Positions 37,433 to 50,905 of a stretch of 64,000 nucleotides of DNA are shown here, in pieces (the stretch's first letter is position 1; each line of letters opens with the position of its first letter). Location of the stretch: positions 26,226,001-26,290,000 of the forward strand of contig CATNEN010000038.1 of NCBI GenBank assembly GCA_950097015.1, read 5' to 3'. The notes under the pieces are model-generated. The model did no database searches. It saw nothing but the letters and a program-made list of their open reading frames with translations, and had not been told where the DNA came from. The stretch is from Macrostomum hystrix. Taxonomy: Eukaryota; Animalia; Platyhelminthes. A program made the translations under genes and the position numbers.

Positions 37433-38985
37433 TATTGATGGAGAAAGAAAAGTTCGCAATATTGGTGCAAAGTGCAAACAAATGGCAATGGCTAACTGTA
37501 TTGTAGCAAATCGAAAATTGTTATTGTACTGTAACTTACTAAAAATAGTTTTTCTACCGTAGAAATTTCTATAATTTTCTTAGATTTTCTTTAGCAATCA
37601 TTTTCTTATAATGGTATTAATATAAATGGAAAAATTATTTAAAAGCAATACGCATTTATTTTGTTTGCATCAACTCTAGGCTGTACAAAATTAGTTATAT
37701 TATATTAGTTATAATTATAAAGAACTTTCTAGAAAGCCGTAAATAGTTATAAATAAACGACGGCCACCGCTGAAAATCTTTAACGCCTGACTTGATCACA
37801 AGATCAATCAAAAAAACAAAAGAACCACCGCCTTTACGCCTCATTTATTAAAACACCTCTGCAGTATCTTCAGCGCTAAGTGCTTTGCCAGCTTAGAATT
37901 AATTTCTAGACCTAAAAGAGAAATGATATATAATCGTACGTACATTTGTACATTCGTGGACAAAAATGGGGGTAGGAGGGGCTCAGGGGACAGACCATCG
38001 CAGCCGACTAGTAAGCAAGGAGACGGTTGTAAAAAGAACTGACTACTCGTGTCGTGTGGCTAAACCGGCTACACCCGACTAGTGAATGCAATTCCACGCC
38101 CTTAGCGGGGGGACAGGAAGGGATGGCAGGGTTTAAATGTACAGCCAGCCAAATGTACACGTAAAGCTTGACGCTCAGCTAGCGGAAAGGGACAGATTGA
38201 CTAAACTTTGAACAACGATATCTCGATACCTTGAGAACCGACTGACAAAGCGTTACACTAAAAATTGTCTCTAATTTATTCCTTTATAATCAAGTCAAAT
38301 TTCATGCGGTATTTATTCAGCTTTGATAATTAATTCGGTCTTCGGTTTTCTAAGAAAACTAACTGCACTTCGTAAATAAGTTTCACGATAGGGAAATTAT
38401 ATTGTATTTTCGGGACAGCCAGTAAGACTACACTTTGTCCGGAGAAATGGGATTGCAGGAATTTCTCTCTCTGGTTTCTAGATTCAGAGCTCTATGTGTA
38501 AACACACACAGACAAATTTATTGCCAGTATAATATGCATGGGGTGCCAAATATAAAAGCTGTTGCAAATTTACGTTATACAGAGAGATTTCGTTTAGAAA
38601 TCGCAGACAAACTACCTTACGAACGCCTTAGGCATAGTTTACAATATTGAATAGATGCTGTGTTTATCACTTCAATTGCAACATCTGCAGCGCTCATCCA
38701 TTATGTACAGACCAGACGTAAATTGAGAATTGATTTATAATGTTTTATTTAATGTCCTTCATCTTATCAATGCTTACTTCGTCAACATATTCAGCAGCGT
38801 GTGCAGCAGCGCTACGCGTAGAACGTGTCAAATAAAATAATATTATTATTCCTCACGCTTTCATTGCTAAAGTAGCGAAAAAATACTATTAAAAAGCAAT
38901 TTTTTCTTCAACACCGCAGATATATGCGTACATCGCGGGTTTCTTCACTTCACACCCGTGTTGACAGAGATAGGGTCTAAGAAAC

Positions 38986-39383
38986 GGTAATCGAACATGC
39001 GCGACGGTCGTCTAATAGGCAACTCCGAACATGTTCGTTGTTCCGAGAACATGTTCTTTTTGATTTATAAGGCTTCGTATTGTAAAATATATATATGTAG
39101 CTACATGCTGGATGCGCCGTTGAGAGAAAACTATATTGCTGGCTAATATGTACGTTAAGTGCTTGTGAACTAGGATATTACTAGACATAGTATGGTTTAA
39201 CTCTGTCTTGTTTGTTGACCTCATGCCAAGGAAGGCATAGTTTTTTATTCATTATTTTTTCTTCACCTAGCGGTATTTAATATACATTAAGTAGCCTTAT
39301 TAATTTAAAAGAACATGTTCTCGGAACAAAGAACATGTTCGGAGTTGCCTATTAGGCGACCGTCGCGCATGTTCGATGTAGCC
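38986..39383. mobile_element. MITE with ~70-bp TIRs (possibly Merlin-type)
   Basis: TCGAACATGCGCGACGGTCG..AGAACATGTTCTTTT (38991-39060) is inverted at 39307-39377. GG termini; imperfect 8-bp flanks TAAGAAAC/TAAGAGTC. Confidence 0.75.
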
Positions 39384-39403
39384 TAAGAGTCCTCAACACG
39401 GCT

Positions 39404-39463
39404 GTCTTTGCTCTACCTCTAGCCAAGAACAGCGACTTCGATGCCGCTCTCGCCTGACTGGCT
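39404..39463 (+). pseudogene. Orphan duplicate of a PanK-like exon 2 segment
   Basis: GTCTTTGCTCTA..GCCAAGAACAGCGACTTCGATGCCGCTCTCGCCTG matches ~41177-41230. Confidence 0.75.
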
Positions 39464-40165
39464 AGCTGATTATACTTATTAAAAACGGTTTATTAACAAT
39501 TAAAGTTTAAAGTGTTTGTCGAGTCAAGAAAAGCGATATGAATATAGCATCTGTTTTATAAATTGATTTAAACATTCGTTACGAGTCACAATTTTAAACT
39601 TTTGAATTTTCTAAGAACTTCACAACTTGTAAACAAGTTGCACTGCAACTTGCAAGTTGCACTGCTTGCACTGCATGTACTCGTGAAATCAGATATTATT
39701 TTTCACATTAATTCAAGATTAAAATGCATAGGTAAAAATTTTATTTCGTTTTTGTGCGAAAATATGTTTAAAATTATTATTTAAATTATTTTTTGCTGTG
39801 CCTGGTTTCATTTCTTCAAGTTTCAGTCTGTATTTTTTGTTTGTTAATGAACTTTCTGCTGCAAAGTTTTCTTAAAAAAATAATTTGTAGCTGAAAAATA
39901 TATTCTCTAACAATTGTTCGTAATTATCAAGAGGTAAAATTTATAGTCAACAATATGCTGGTAAATAAATACAGGTGAAATAGCTTTTTGATGTAAGTAT
40001 AGGGCTAAGAGGAATAAAAAATAGATTTAAATTTTGCAATTCAAAGTTAGGTTTGAAATTTAATTTTGAAGTTGCATTGCCAGTGGTCGAGGCCTGGTGC
40101 TTATTTCTTGACAATTGGTTAGCTTTGTGTAGTATATCAAGTTTTTCATATTTATATTTAATAAA

Positions 40166-40761
40166 TAAACTCAAATTTGCGCGAAAATTGAAATCTAGAT
40201 AGACGAGTCACTGTTTTTTCCACCGGAAATATCAGCAAGGTGCCCACCGGAATGGCACCTGGGTCCTCGGAATGGTGGAACGCGGAACTAATAAGACCGT
40301 CATGGTGCCAGTTGCCAACCGCCGAGCCGAGACACTGCTTCCCATCATCCAGCAGCATGTTCTCCCTGGTACATGCATTCTCACAGATGGCTGGCAGGCC
40401 TACGGCGCCCGTCAATCACCGCCTGGCCTTTGTGGACCCGCAGGATCCCAACGTCCACACGAATCTTGTGGAGGGTACGTGGGCCCACGCGAAACACAAG
40501 TTGCGCGTAACATGTACGGCACGCAGCCGCAGCTATTTGAAACGTACCTGCAGGAATTTCTGTGGCGCAAGAAGTTCCCGCGTCCCCACTTCCGGCACTT
40601 CCTGCACTGTATCACGGAGCAGTACCCGCTGTAGCTTCTGCGAAGCTTCAGCTGTAGCTTCTACCCAAAGGACATTATTCTGACGTTTCTCTATGTTACC
40701 CGTTATCCTTGTCACGCCAGTTATCGTTTTTCGCGCGAATTTGAGTTTAACGAACGAAACC
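40166..40761 (+). mobile_element. Deleted Merlin (ISXO2/IS1016-like DDE) transposon
   Basis: WVLGMVERG..VANRRAETLLPII..VLPG..ILTDGWQAY, then frameshifted VNH..FVDP..VHTNLVEGTW and YLQEFLWR. Inverted repeats AAACTCAAATTTGCGCGAAAA / TTTTCGCGCGAATTTGAGTTT; left outer end truncated. Confidence 0.88.
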
Positions 40762-40935
40762 ATACTTATGCCAAATATTTTTATAGCTAGTTAGATAAAT
40801 TAAAAACTAAATATACTCATATGTATAGGAGAACTGAGCATAAATGATTAAATTACAAAGCCTCTATATGCTAAATTTAGTTAAATTAACTAAAGCTCAA
40901 AATATTTCTTTAATTTCAGCCAACACTGCCACACA

Positions 40936-43900
40936 ATGTCCATACAGATACACTTAGAAATCAAGCTTCCAATCGAGCTACTCACCGAGTTAAACTGTTT
41001 CTGCTCACTGGACAGAGGATGCTCATCTACCAAACTGGTGAGTCGTATATTTTTGTTTTAAAAACTTGGAAAATACAATTAAACTAAAAATTTACAAATT
41101 TACAAATTTACAACCCATTTTACTGTCTGCAATGAAAAAGGTACTTGTTCAGCCGTCAACTGACCACTTCACTATAGTCTTTGCTCTAGCCAAGAACAGC
41201 GACTTCGATGCCGCTCTCGCCTGGCTGGCTGATCGTCTGAGGCCGGATCCTACGAGCGGGATTCGAACCATCGCCCTCACTGGCGGCGGATCCTCGCTTT
41301 ATCGAGAGAAGATCTGCGCCACACTGCGCGCCGAGCCGATATTCGTCGACGAACTGGTCGGCCAGGCCCGCGGCTGCATCTGGCTCATTCAGCGGGCACC
41401 AGCGCAGCTTGTCTTCTACGATGACGACTGCCTAACACCTCTGACTGAGGCTGTGCCGCTGCCTGCTCTATATGTGTTTTCCGGCTCTGGAAATGGACTG
41501 ACAATGGTTGGTGGACTACAGCGAGTTGATTTTATCTTTATCACATTCATGCTGCACTAGGATTTTTCTGCATCTATCTTTCAGCCCTTCCCTAAATCTC
41601 TCTATTTATTTGTCCCTGCACATCTTTCTTGCGCTTTCTCCCTGCATCTCATTCAACATCTCCCTGCATCTCTCTTTAAATCTCTCCCTGCATCTTTCTT
41701 GCGCTCTCTCCCTGCATCTCTCTTTCAATCTCTCCCTGCATCTCTCTTTCAATCTCTCCCTGCATCTCTCTTTCCTCCTCCCTGCATCTCTCTATTTATT
41801 TGTCCCTGCATCTTTCTTGCGCTCTCTCCCTGCATATCTCTTTCAATCTCTCCCTGCATCTCTCTTTCCTCCCTCCCTGCATCTCTCTTTCAATCTCTCC
41901 CTGCATCTCTCTTTCCTCCCTCCCTACATCTCTCTTTCAATCTCTCCCTGCATCTCTCTTTCAATCCCTCCCTGCATCTCTATATTTATTTGTCCCTGCA
42001 TCTTTCTTGCGCTCTCTCCCTGCATCTCTCTTTCAATCTCTCCCTGCATCTCTCTTTCAATTTCTCTGTGCATCTCTCTTTCCTCCCTCCCTGCATCTCT
42101 CTTTCAATCTCTCCCTGCATCTCTCTTTCCTCCCTCCCTGCATCTCTCTTTCAATCTCTCCCTGCATCTCTCTTTCAATCCCTCCCTGCATCTCTATATT
42201 TATTTGTCCCTGCATCTTACTTGCGCTCTCTCCCTGCATCTCTCTTTCAATCTCTCCCTGCATCTCTCTTTCCTCCCTCCCTGCATCTCTCTTTCAATCT
42301 CTCCCTGGATCTCTTTCCTCCCTCCCTACATCTCTCTTTCAATCTCTCCCTGCATCTCTCTTTCCTCCCTCCCTACATCTCTCTTTCAATCTCTCCCTGC
42401 ATCTCTATATTTTTTGTCCCTGCATCTTTCTGCAGCTCTACCCGGACGGGAGCAAATGCCAGGACCACATTATGATGCACGGCGGCAAAGCATTCTTAGG
42501 CATGGGCGCTCTGCTTCTTGGCACCTGCGATTATGACGAAATCACCGGATTGGCTGAGCGAGCCGGGCCAATAAGCGAATCGCTTGACCAGCGGGTTGGA
42601 GATTTCGACCTGCATCCGGAACTGCTGGGTGAGTTGAGCGTGACTGACTTTGAGTTGTGGGATTTTAAACACAGGTTTCGATTTAACAGCAAGGCGTTTT
42701 TGAAAGTGAATTTTTTATGAATTCTTAAAGGAACCTTCATCTTAACGTAATTAGATCAATAGTAAATTTTTATTAAATTTATTTTTAAACCTGATTTCTC
42801 AAACTGATTTAAGCACCAGTTCAGAAACTTTCCGCATTCCTAGATTACTACAATATTTAATCCCTATAAAACTTTTCTGAAAACATATCCAATCCTTCAG
42901 AAATCCGAATCCAATCCTTCAGAAATCCGAATCCAATCCTTCAGAAATCCGAATCCAATCCTTCAGAAATCCGAATCCAATCCTTCATGAATCCCTATCT
43001 AATCCTTCATGAATCCCTATCCAATCCTTCATGAATCCCTATCTAATCCTTCATGAATCCGTATCCAATCCTTCATGAATCCCTAGTTAATTCTTCATGA
43101 ATCCCTATCCAATCCTTCATGAATCCCTATCTAATCCTTCATGAATCCCTATCCAATCCTTCATGAATCCCTATCTAATCCTTCATGAATCCCTATCCAA
43201 TCCTTCATGAATCTATCCAATCCTTCATGAATCTATCCAATCCTTCATGAATCCCTATCCAATCCTTCATGAATCACTATCCAATCCTTCATGAATCCCT
43301 ATTTAATTCTTCATGAATCCCTATCTAATCCTTCATGAATCCCTATTTAATTCTTCATGAATCCCTATCTAATCCTTCATGAATCCCTATCCAATTCTTC
43401 ATGAATCCCTATCTAATCCTTCATGAATCCCTATCCAACCCTTCATGAATCCCTATCCAATCCTTCATGAATCCCTATCCAATCCTTCATGAATCCCTAT
43501 CCAATCCCTCATAAATCGGAACCCAATCCTTCAGAAATACGAATCGAATCCTTCAGAAATCCGAATCCAATGCTTCAGAAATCCGAATCCAATGCTTCAG
43601 AAATCCGAATCCAATGCTTCAGGAATCCCTATCCAATCCTTCGGGAATTCGAATCCAATCCTTCATGAATCCCAATCCAATCCTTCATGTATCTCTATCT
43701 AATCTTTCATGAATCCCAATCCAATCCTTCATGAATCCCCACCAAATTGAATCCAATCCTTCATGAATCCGAATCCAATCCTTCAGGAATTCGAATCCAA
43801 TCCTTCATGAATCCCTATCCAATCCTTCATTAATCCATATCCAATCCTTCATGAATCTCAATCCAATCCTTCAGAAATCCGAATCCAATCCTTCATGAAT

Positions 43901-46900
43901 CCCTATCTAATCCTTCATGAATCCCTATCTAATCCTTCATGAATCCCTATCTAATCCTTCATGAATCCCTATCCAATCCTTCATTAATCCATATCCAATC
44001 CTTCATGAATCTCAATCCAATCCTTCAGAAATCCGAATCCAATCCTTCATGAATCCCTATCTAATCCTTCATGAATCCCTATCTAATCCTTCATGAATCC
44101 CTATCTAATCCTTCATGAATCCCTATCTAATCCTTCATGAATCCCTATCTAATCCTTCATGAATCCCTATCTAATCCTTCATGAATCCCTATCCAATCCT
44201 TCAAGAATCCCTATCTAATCCTTCATGAATCCGTATCCAATCCTTCATGAATCCCTATTTAATTCTTCATGAATCCGTATCCAATCCTTCATGAATCCCT
44301 ATCTAATCCTTCATGAATCCGTATCCAATCCTTCAAGAATCCCTATCTAATCCTTCATGAATCCGTATCCAATCCTTCATGAATCCCTATCCAATCCTTC
44401 ATGAATCTATCCAATCCTTCATGAATCTATCCAATCCTTCATGAATCCCTATCCAATCCTTCATGAATCTATCCAATCCTTCATGAATCTATCCAATCCT
44501 TCATGAATCCCTATCCAATCCTTCATGAATCACTATCCAATCCTTCATGAATCCCTATTTAATTCTTCATGAATCCCTATCTAATCCTTCATGAATCCCT
44601 ATCCAATTCTTCATGAATCCCTATCTAATCCTTCATGAATCCTTATCCAACCCTTCATGAATCCCTATCCAATCCTTCATGAATCCCTATCCAATCCTTC
44701 ATGAATCCCTATCCAATCCCTCATAAATCGGAACCCAATCCTTCAGAAATACGAATCGAATCCTTCAGAAATCCGAATCCAATGCTTCAGAAATCCGAAT
44801 CCAATGCTTCAGAAATCCGAATCCAATGCTTCAGGAATCCCTATCCAATCCTTCATGAATCCGTATCCAATCCTTCATGAATCCCTATTTAATTCTTCAT
44901 GAATCCGTATCCAATCCTTCATGAATCCCTATCCAACCCTTCATGAATCCCTATCCAACCCTTCATAAATCCCTATCTAATCCTTCATGAATCCCTATCC
45001 AATCCTTCAAGAATCCCTATCTAATCCTTCATGAATCCGTATCCAATCCTTCATGAATCCCTATTTAATTCTTCATGAATCCGTATCCAATCCTTCATGA
45101 ATCCCTATCCAACCCTTCATGAATCCCTATCCAACCCTTCATAAATCCCTATCTAATCCTTCATGAATCCCTATCCAATCCTTCATGAATCTATCCAATC
45201 CTTCATGAATCTATCCAATCCTTCATGAATCCCTATCCAACCCTTCATGAATCCCTATCCAACCCTTCATAAATCCCTATCTAATCCTTCATGAATCCCT
45301 ATCCAATCCTTCATGAATCTATCCAATCCTTCATGAATCTATCCAATCCTTCATGAATCCCTATCCAATCCTTCATGAATCACTATCCAATCCTTCATGA
45401 ATCCCTATCTAATCCTTCATGAATCCCTATCCAATTCTTCATGAATCCCTATCTAATCCTTCATGAATCCCTATCCAACCCTTCATGAATCCCTATCCAA
45501 TCCTTCATGAATCCCTATCCAATCCTTCATGAATCCCTATCCAATCCCTCATAAATCGGAACCCAATCCTTCAGAAATACGAATCGAATCCTTCAGAAAT
45601 CCGAATCCAATGCTTCAGAAATCCGAATCCAATGCTTCAGAAATCCGAATCCAATGCTTCAGGAATCCCTATCCAATCCTTCGGGAATTCGAATCCAATC
45701 CTTCATGAATCCCAATCCAATCCTTCATGTATCTCTATCTAATCTTTCATGAATCCCAATCCAATCCTTCATGTATTCCTATCTAATCCTTCATGAATCC
45801 CCACCAAATTGAATCCAATCCTTCATGAATCCGAATCCAATCCTTCAGGAATTCGAATCCAATCCTTCATGAATCCCTATCCAATCCTTCATTAATCCCT
45901 ATCCAATCCTTCATTAATCCCTATCTAATCCTTCATTAATCCCTATCCAATCCTTCATTTATCCCTATCCAATCCTTCATTAATCCATATCCAATCCTTC
46001 ATGAATCTCAATCCAATCCTTCAGAAATCCGAATCCAATCCTTCATGAATCCCTATCTAATCCTTCATGAATCCCTATCTAATCCTTCATGAATCCCTAT
46101 CTAATCCTTCATGAATCCCTATCTAATCCTTCATGAATCCCTATCTAATCCTTCATGAATCCCTATCTAATCCTTCATGAATCCATATCCAATCCTTCAT
46201 GAATCTCAATCCAATCCTTCATTAATCCCTATCCAATCCTTCATTAATCCCTATCCAATCCTTCATTAATCCATATCCAATCCTTCATGAATCTCAATCC
46301 AATCCTTCAGAAATCCGAATCCAATCCTTCATGAATCCCTATCTAATCCTTCATGAATCCCTATCTAATCCTTCATGAATCCCTATCTAATCCTTCATGA
46401 ATCCCTATCTAATCCTTCATGAATCCCTATCTAATCCTTCATGAATCCCTATCTAATCCTTCATGAATCCATATCCAATCCTTCATGAATCTCAATCCAA
46501 TCCTTCAGAAATCCGAATCCAATCCTTCATGAATCCCTATCTAATCCTTCATGAATCCCTATCTAATCCTTCATGAATCCCTATCTAATCCTTCATGAAT
46601 CCCTATCTAATCCTTCATGAATCCCTATCTAATCCTTCATGAATCCCTATCTAATCCTATCCCGCCCGCAGACAAGCTTAGCCGCGAGGAGAAAGCACTC
46701 AGGCTAGCCAGCTGGTTTGTTCGCTGGAGTGCCTACTTTGTCCACCACGGTATTCGCACTAGTGGAGTGGCCAATGTTTATCTCGGCTGCAACTTCTGGC
46801 GATCTGGCCTGCTAAGGCGACTGTTCGCTCAAAGTTTAAGACTGCGACTTGCTGGGGTGAGTGATTGAGGTTAATTATCAAGGCAGATAAAGCAAAATAT

Positions 46901-48150
46901 TTAGCAACGAAACTTAGCAACCTTCTGCTTCGAGCGTTAACAGTAGAAAGATCTCGCTATTTTTCACCTACGAGTACTTCTTACCACTAGACACCCCGAC
47001 GAGAACCGTTGACTATCTCGACGATGCCGATGATTTTGTTAATGGTTGGTTAAATACTTTAACGATAAAAAAGAAAAATGTCGTGCTCTCTCTACTGTTA
47101 AGTAGCTAGATACGAGTATTTCTTATTTTCTTAATAGAAAGCTTTTTTGGATTACTTAGCTGTTTGCACTCTATCAATTTGTTATCTGGCTTGAATGTTG
47201 CTACCATTGTTTCTTTGCTTGCTTTTTTACGGGCTGTTGCGAGCTAGTTTTATAAACATGTTTAAAATACTTTATAGCGCGCGACCTGGCAGAGAATTGG
47301 TTAATGTCTGGTACGCAGTATGTAAATAAGCTATTTTTTTCAGTACAGTTTTTCTAAACACACAAAATTAACTAGACAGTCTCAGGCCTAGCTAAAACTG
47401 GTCTATGCAATCAGTTAATTTAGTTAACCTTTATCTATGAATATCGAGAAATGGATATGCATTCACAGGTAAGAACAGAATCACAGTAGAGAACAGAATC
47501 ACAGGTAAGAACAAAATCACAGGTGAGAACAGAATTACAGGTGAGAACAGAATTACAGGTGAGAACAGAATCACAGGTGAGAACAGAATCACATGTGAGA
47601 ACAGAATTACAGTAGAGAACAGAATCACATGTGAGAACAGAATCACAGGTTGGAACAGAATCACAGGTGAGAACAAAATCACAGGTGAGAACAGAATCAC
47701 AGGTGAGAACAGAATCACAGGTAAGAACAGAATTACAGGTGAGAACAGTATCACAGCTAAGAACAGAATTACAGGTGAGAACAGAATCACATGTGAGAAC
47801 AGAATTACAGTAGAGAACAGAATCACATGTGAGAACAGAATCACAGGTTGGAACAGAATCACAGGTGAGAACAAAATCACAGGTGAGAACAGAATCACAG
47901 GTGAGAACGGAAACAAGCGAGAAAAGAAACAAGTGCAATTCTGCTTCATGCCCAGAAAGCATGCAGCTCACAGTCTCGTCTCGTTCCTTCGCGCTCTCCC
48001 AAACAGACTGCATTCGAGGCCAGCTTAAAGCTGCGGGCTTTCCGCATGGGCCACACCGGCGCTCTTGGCTCCATGGTGACGCAACCCGGTCAGGAGCTGA
48101 GCCACGTTCGAGACGATGGATTTTGCCTCAGTCTGGACGACTCCGAGTGA
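40936..48150 (+). CDS. Divergent type II pantothenate-kinase (Fumble/PanK)-like protein, 329 aa (exons 40936-41037, 41141-41506, 42436-42628, 46672-46856, 48007-48150)
   Basis: Colinear PanK motifs: LDRGCSSTKLV (cf. DIGGTLVKLV), LTGGGS, VDEL..G, LPALYVFSGSG, GGKAFLGMG.LL, SREEKA, VYLGCNFWR, GHTGALGSM. All splice phases are compatible, giving a 990-nt open frame. The exon 2 acceptor is weak. Confidence 0.82.
41565..42432. repeat. ~24-bp pyrimidine-rich minisatellite, PanK-like intron 2
   Basis: CTCTCCCTGCATCTCTCTTTCAAT variants running up to the acceptor at 42435. Confidence 0.93.
42886..46660. repeat. 22-bp minisatellite, PanK-like intron 3
   Basis: AATCCTTCATGAATCCCTATC(C/T) units with recurring variant blocks (CCCTCATAAATCGGAACCC at ~43506, 44718, 45546). 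Confidence 0.95.
47463..47910. repeat. 18-bp minisatellite, PanK-like intron 4
   Basis: ACAGGTGAGAACAGAATC units. Confidence 0.93.
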
Positions 48151-48210
48151 GCCATCCGTGTGCCAGAGGGATGCGATGTTTGCAGCTCTCCTACTGGTCG
48201 AAAAACCTTT

Positions 48211-49750
48211 CAAGATCCTTATACTGATCGACAATCTTTCCCAGATCCTCAAACTGATCGAAAATCTTACCCAGATCCTCAAACTGATCGACAATCTTCC
48301 CCAGATCCTCATACTGATCGACAATCTTCCCCAGATCCTCAAACTGATCGAAAATCTTACCCAGATCCTCAAACTGATCGACAATCTTCCCCAGATCCTC
48401 ATACTGATCGACAATCTTTCCCAGATCCTCATACTGATCGACAATCTTTCCCAGATCCTCATACTGATCGACAATCTTTCCCAGATCCTCATACTGATCG
48501 ACAATCTTTCCCAGATCCTCAAACTGATCGAAAATCTTACCCAGATCCTCAAACTGATCGACAATCTTCCCCAGATCCTCATACTGATCGACAATCTTTC
48601 CCAGATCCTCAAACTGATCGAAAATCTTACCCAGATCCTCAAACTGATCGACAATCTTCCCCAGATCCTCATACTGATCGACAATCTTTCCCAGATCCTC
48701 AAACTGATCGAAAATCTTACCCAGATCCTCAAACTGATCGACAATCTTCCCCAGATCCTCATACTGATCGACAATCTTCCCCAGATCCCCATACTGATCG
48801 AAAATCTTACCCTGATCCTCAAACTGATCGAAAATCTTACCCAGATCCTCATACTGATCGACAATCTTACCCAGATCCCCATACTGATCGAAAATCTTAC
48901 CCAGATCCTCAAACTGATCGAAAATCTTACCCAGATCCTCAAACTGATCGACAATCTTACCCAGATCCTCATACTGATCGAAAATCTTACCCAGATCCTC
49001 ATACTGATCGACAATCTTTCCCAGATCCTCATACTGATCGACAATCTTCCCCAGATCCTCATACTGATCGACAATCTTACCCAGATCCTCATACTGATCG
49101 AAAATCTTACCCAGATCCTCAAACTGATCGAAAATCTTACCCAGATCCTCATACTGATCGACAATCTTTCCCAGATCCTCAAACTGATCGAAAATCTTAC
49201 CCAGATCCTCAAACTGATCGACAATCTTCCCCAGATCCTCATACTGATCGACAATCTTACCCAGATCCCCATACTGATCGAAAATCTTACCCTGATCCTC
49301 AAACTGATCGAAAATCTTACCCAGATCCTCATACTGATCGACAATCTTACCCAGATCCCCATACTGATCGAAAATCTTACCCAGATCCTCAAACTGATCG
49401 AAAATCTTACCCAGATCCTCAAACTGATCGACAATCTTCCCCAGATCCTCATACCGATCGACAATCTTACCCAGATCCTCAAACTGATCGACAATCTTAC
49501 CAAGATCCTCATACCGATCGACAATCTTACCCAGATCCTCATACTGATCGAAAATCTTACCCAGATCCTCAAACTGATCGAAAATCTTACCCAGATCCTC
49601 AAACTGATCGAAAATCTTACCCAGATCCTCAAACTGATCGAAAATCTTACCCAGATCCTCATACTGATCGACAATCTTACCCAGATCCCCATACTGATCG
49701 ACAATCTTCCCCAGATCCTCATACTGATCGACAATCTTCCCCAGATTCTT
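48211..49750. repeat. 30-bp indel-free minisatellite (~51 copies) just 3' of the PanK-like stop
   Basis: CCAGATCCTCA(T/A)ACTGATCGA(C/A)AATCTT(A/T/C)C with an exact 30-nt register. Confidence 0.97.
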
Positions 49751-50079
49751 AAGTTACTCTCAATATTTTAAATTTTCGAATCGTGCAATTCCTTGACTTA
49801 ATTATTTCTAACGTGAAAATATTTTAACTTTTTATCTTAGCATGTACGAATGTGTGCCTTGCCTGAATAAAATAAATTTAATTGAATTTGTTATGCTTTT
49901 TGCTTTATTTTATTAGCAATAAATTGAGTTTGGTGACAACTATTTAGCTTTAAAACTATTAAACACGTTTCAGTATCTGCTTCGTTCTCATTTTTATTGA
50001 ATTTAATTTCTTAATTTCGTTCTTTAAGGCTAAGATTCGAACTCTCGACCTTTTATGGTCATGGACTCTCGAACTCGCA

Positions 50080-50905
50080 TCTCTCTACCTCTTATCCTCA
50101 GCCTCTCTCTACCTCTTATCCTCTGCCTCTCTCTACCTCTTATCCTCTGCCTCTCTCTACCTCTTATCCTCTGCCTCTCTCTACCTCTTATCCTCTGCCT
50201 CTCTCTACCTCTTATCCTCAGCCTCTCTCTACCTCTTATCCTCTGCCTCTCTCTACCTCTTATCCTCTGCCTCTCTCTCCTCAGCCTCTCTCTACCTCTT
50301 ATCCTCAGCCTCTCTCTACCTCTTATCCTCTGCCTCTCTCTACCTCTTATCCTCAGCCTCTCTCTACCTCTTATCCTCAGCCTCTCTCTACCTCTTATCC
50401 TCAGCCTCTCTCTCCTCAGCCTCTCTCTACCTCTTATCCTCAGCCTCTCTCTACCTCTTATCCTCTGCCTCGCTCTACCTCTTATCCTCAGCCTCTCTCT
50501 ACCTCTTATCCTCTGCCTCGCTCTACCTCTTTTCCTCAGCCTCTCTCTACCTCTTATCCTCAGCCTCTCTCTCCTCAGCCTCTCTCTACCTCTTATCCTC
50601 AGCCTCTCTCTACCTCTTATCCTCTGCCTCGCTCTACCTCTTATCCTCAGCCTCTCTCTACCTCTTATCCTCTGCCTCGCTCTACCTCTTATCCTCTGCC
50701 TCTCTCTACCTCTTATCCTCAGCCTCTCTCTCCTCAGCCTCTCTCTACCTCTTATCCTCTGCCTCTCTCTCCTCAGCCTCTCTCTACCTCTTATCCTCAG
50801 CCTCTCTCTACCTCTTATCCTCAGCATCTCTCTACCTCTTATCCTCTGCCTCTCTCTACCTCTTATCCTCAGCCTCTCTCTACATCTTATCCTCAGCCTC
50901 TCTCC
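50080..50905. repeat. 24-bp CT-rich minisatellite
   Basis: CTCTCTCTACCTCTTATCCTC(A/T)GC with 15-bp deletion variants. Confidence 0.95.

Noticed and set aside
37960-38430. GC-rich structured stretch (HDV-like ribozyme or RTE 5' end?) and a solo Tc1-like end TTTTCGGGACAGCCAGTA
   Set aside because: Could not fold into the HDV double pseudoknot by eye; no partner TIR.
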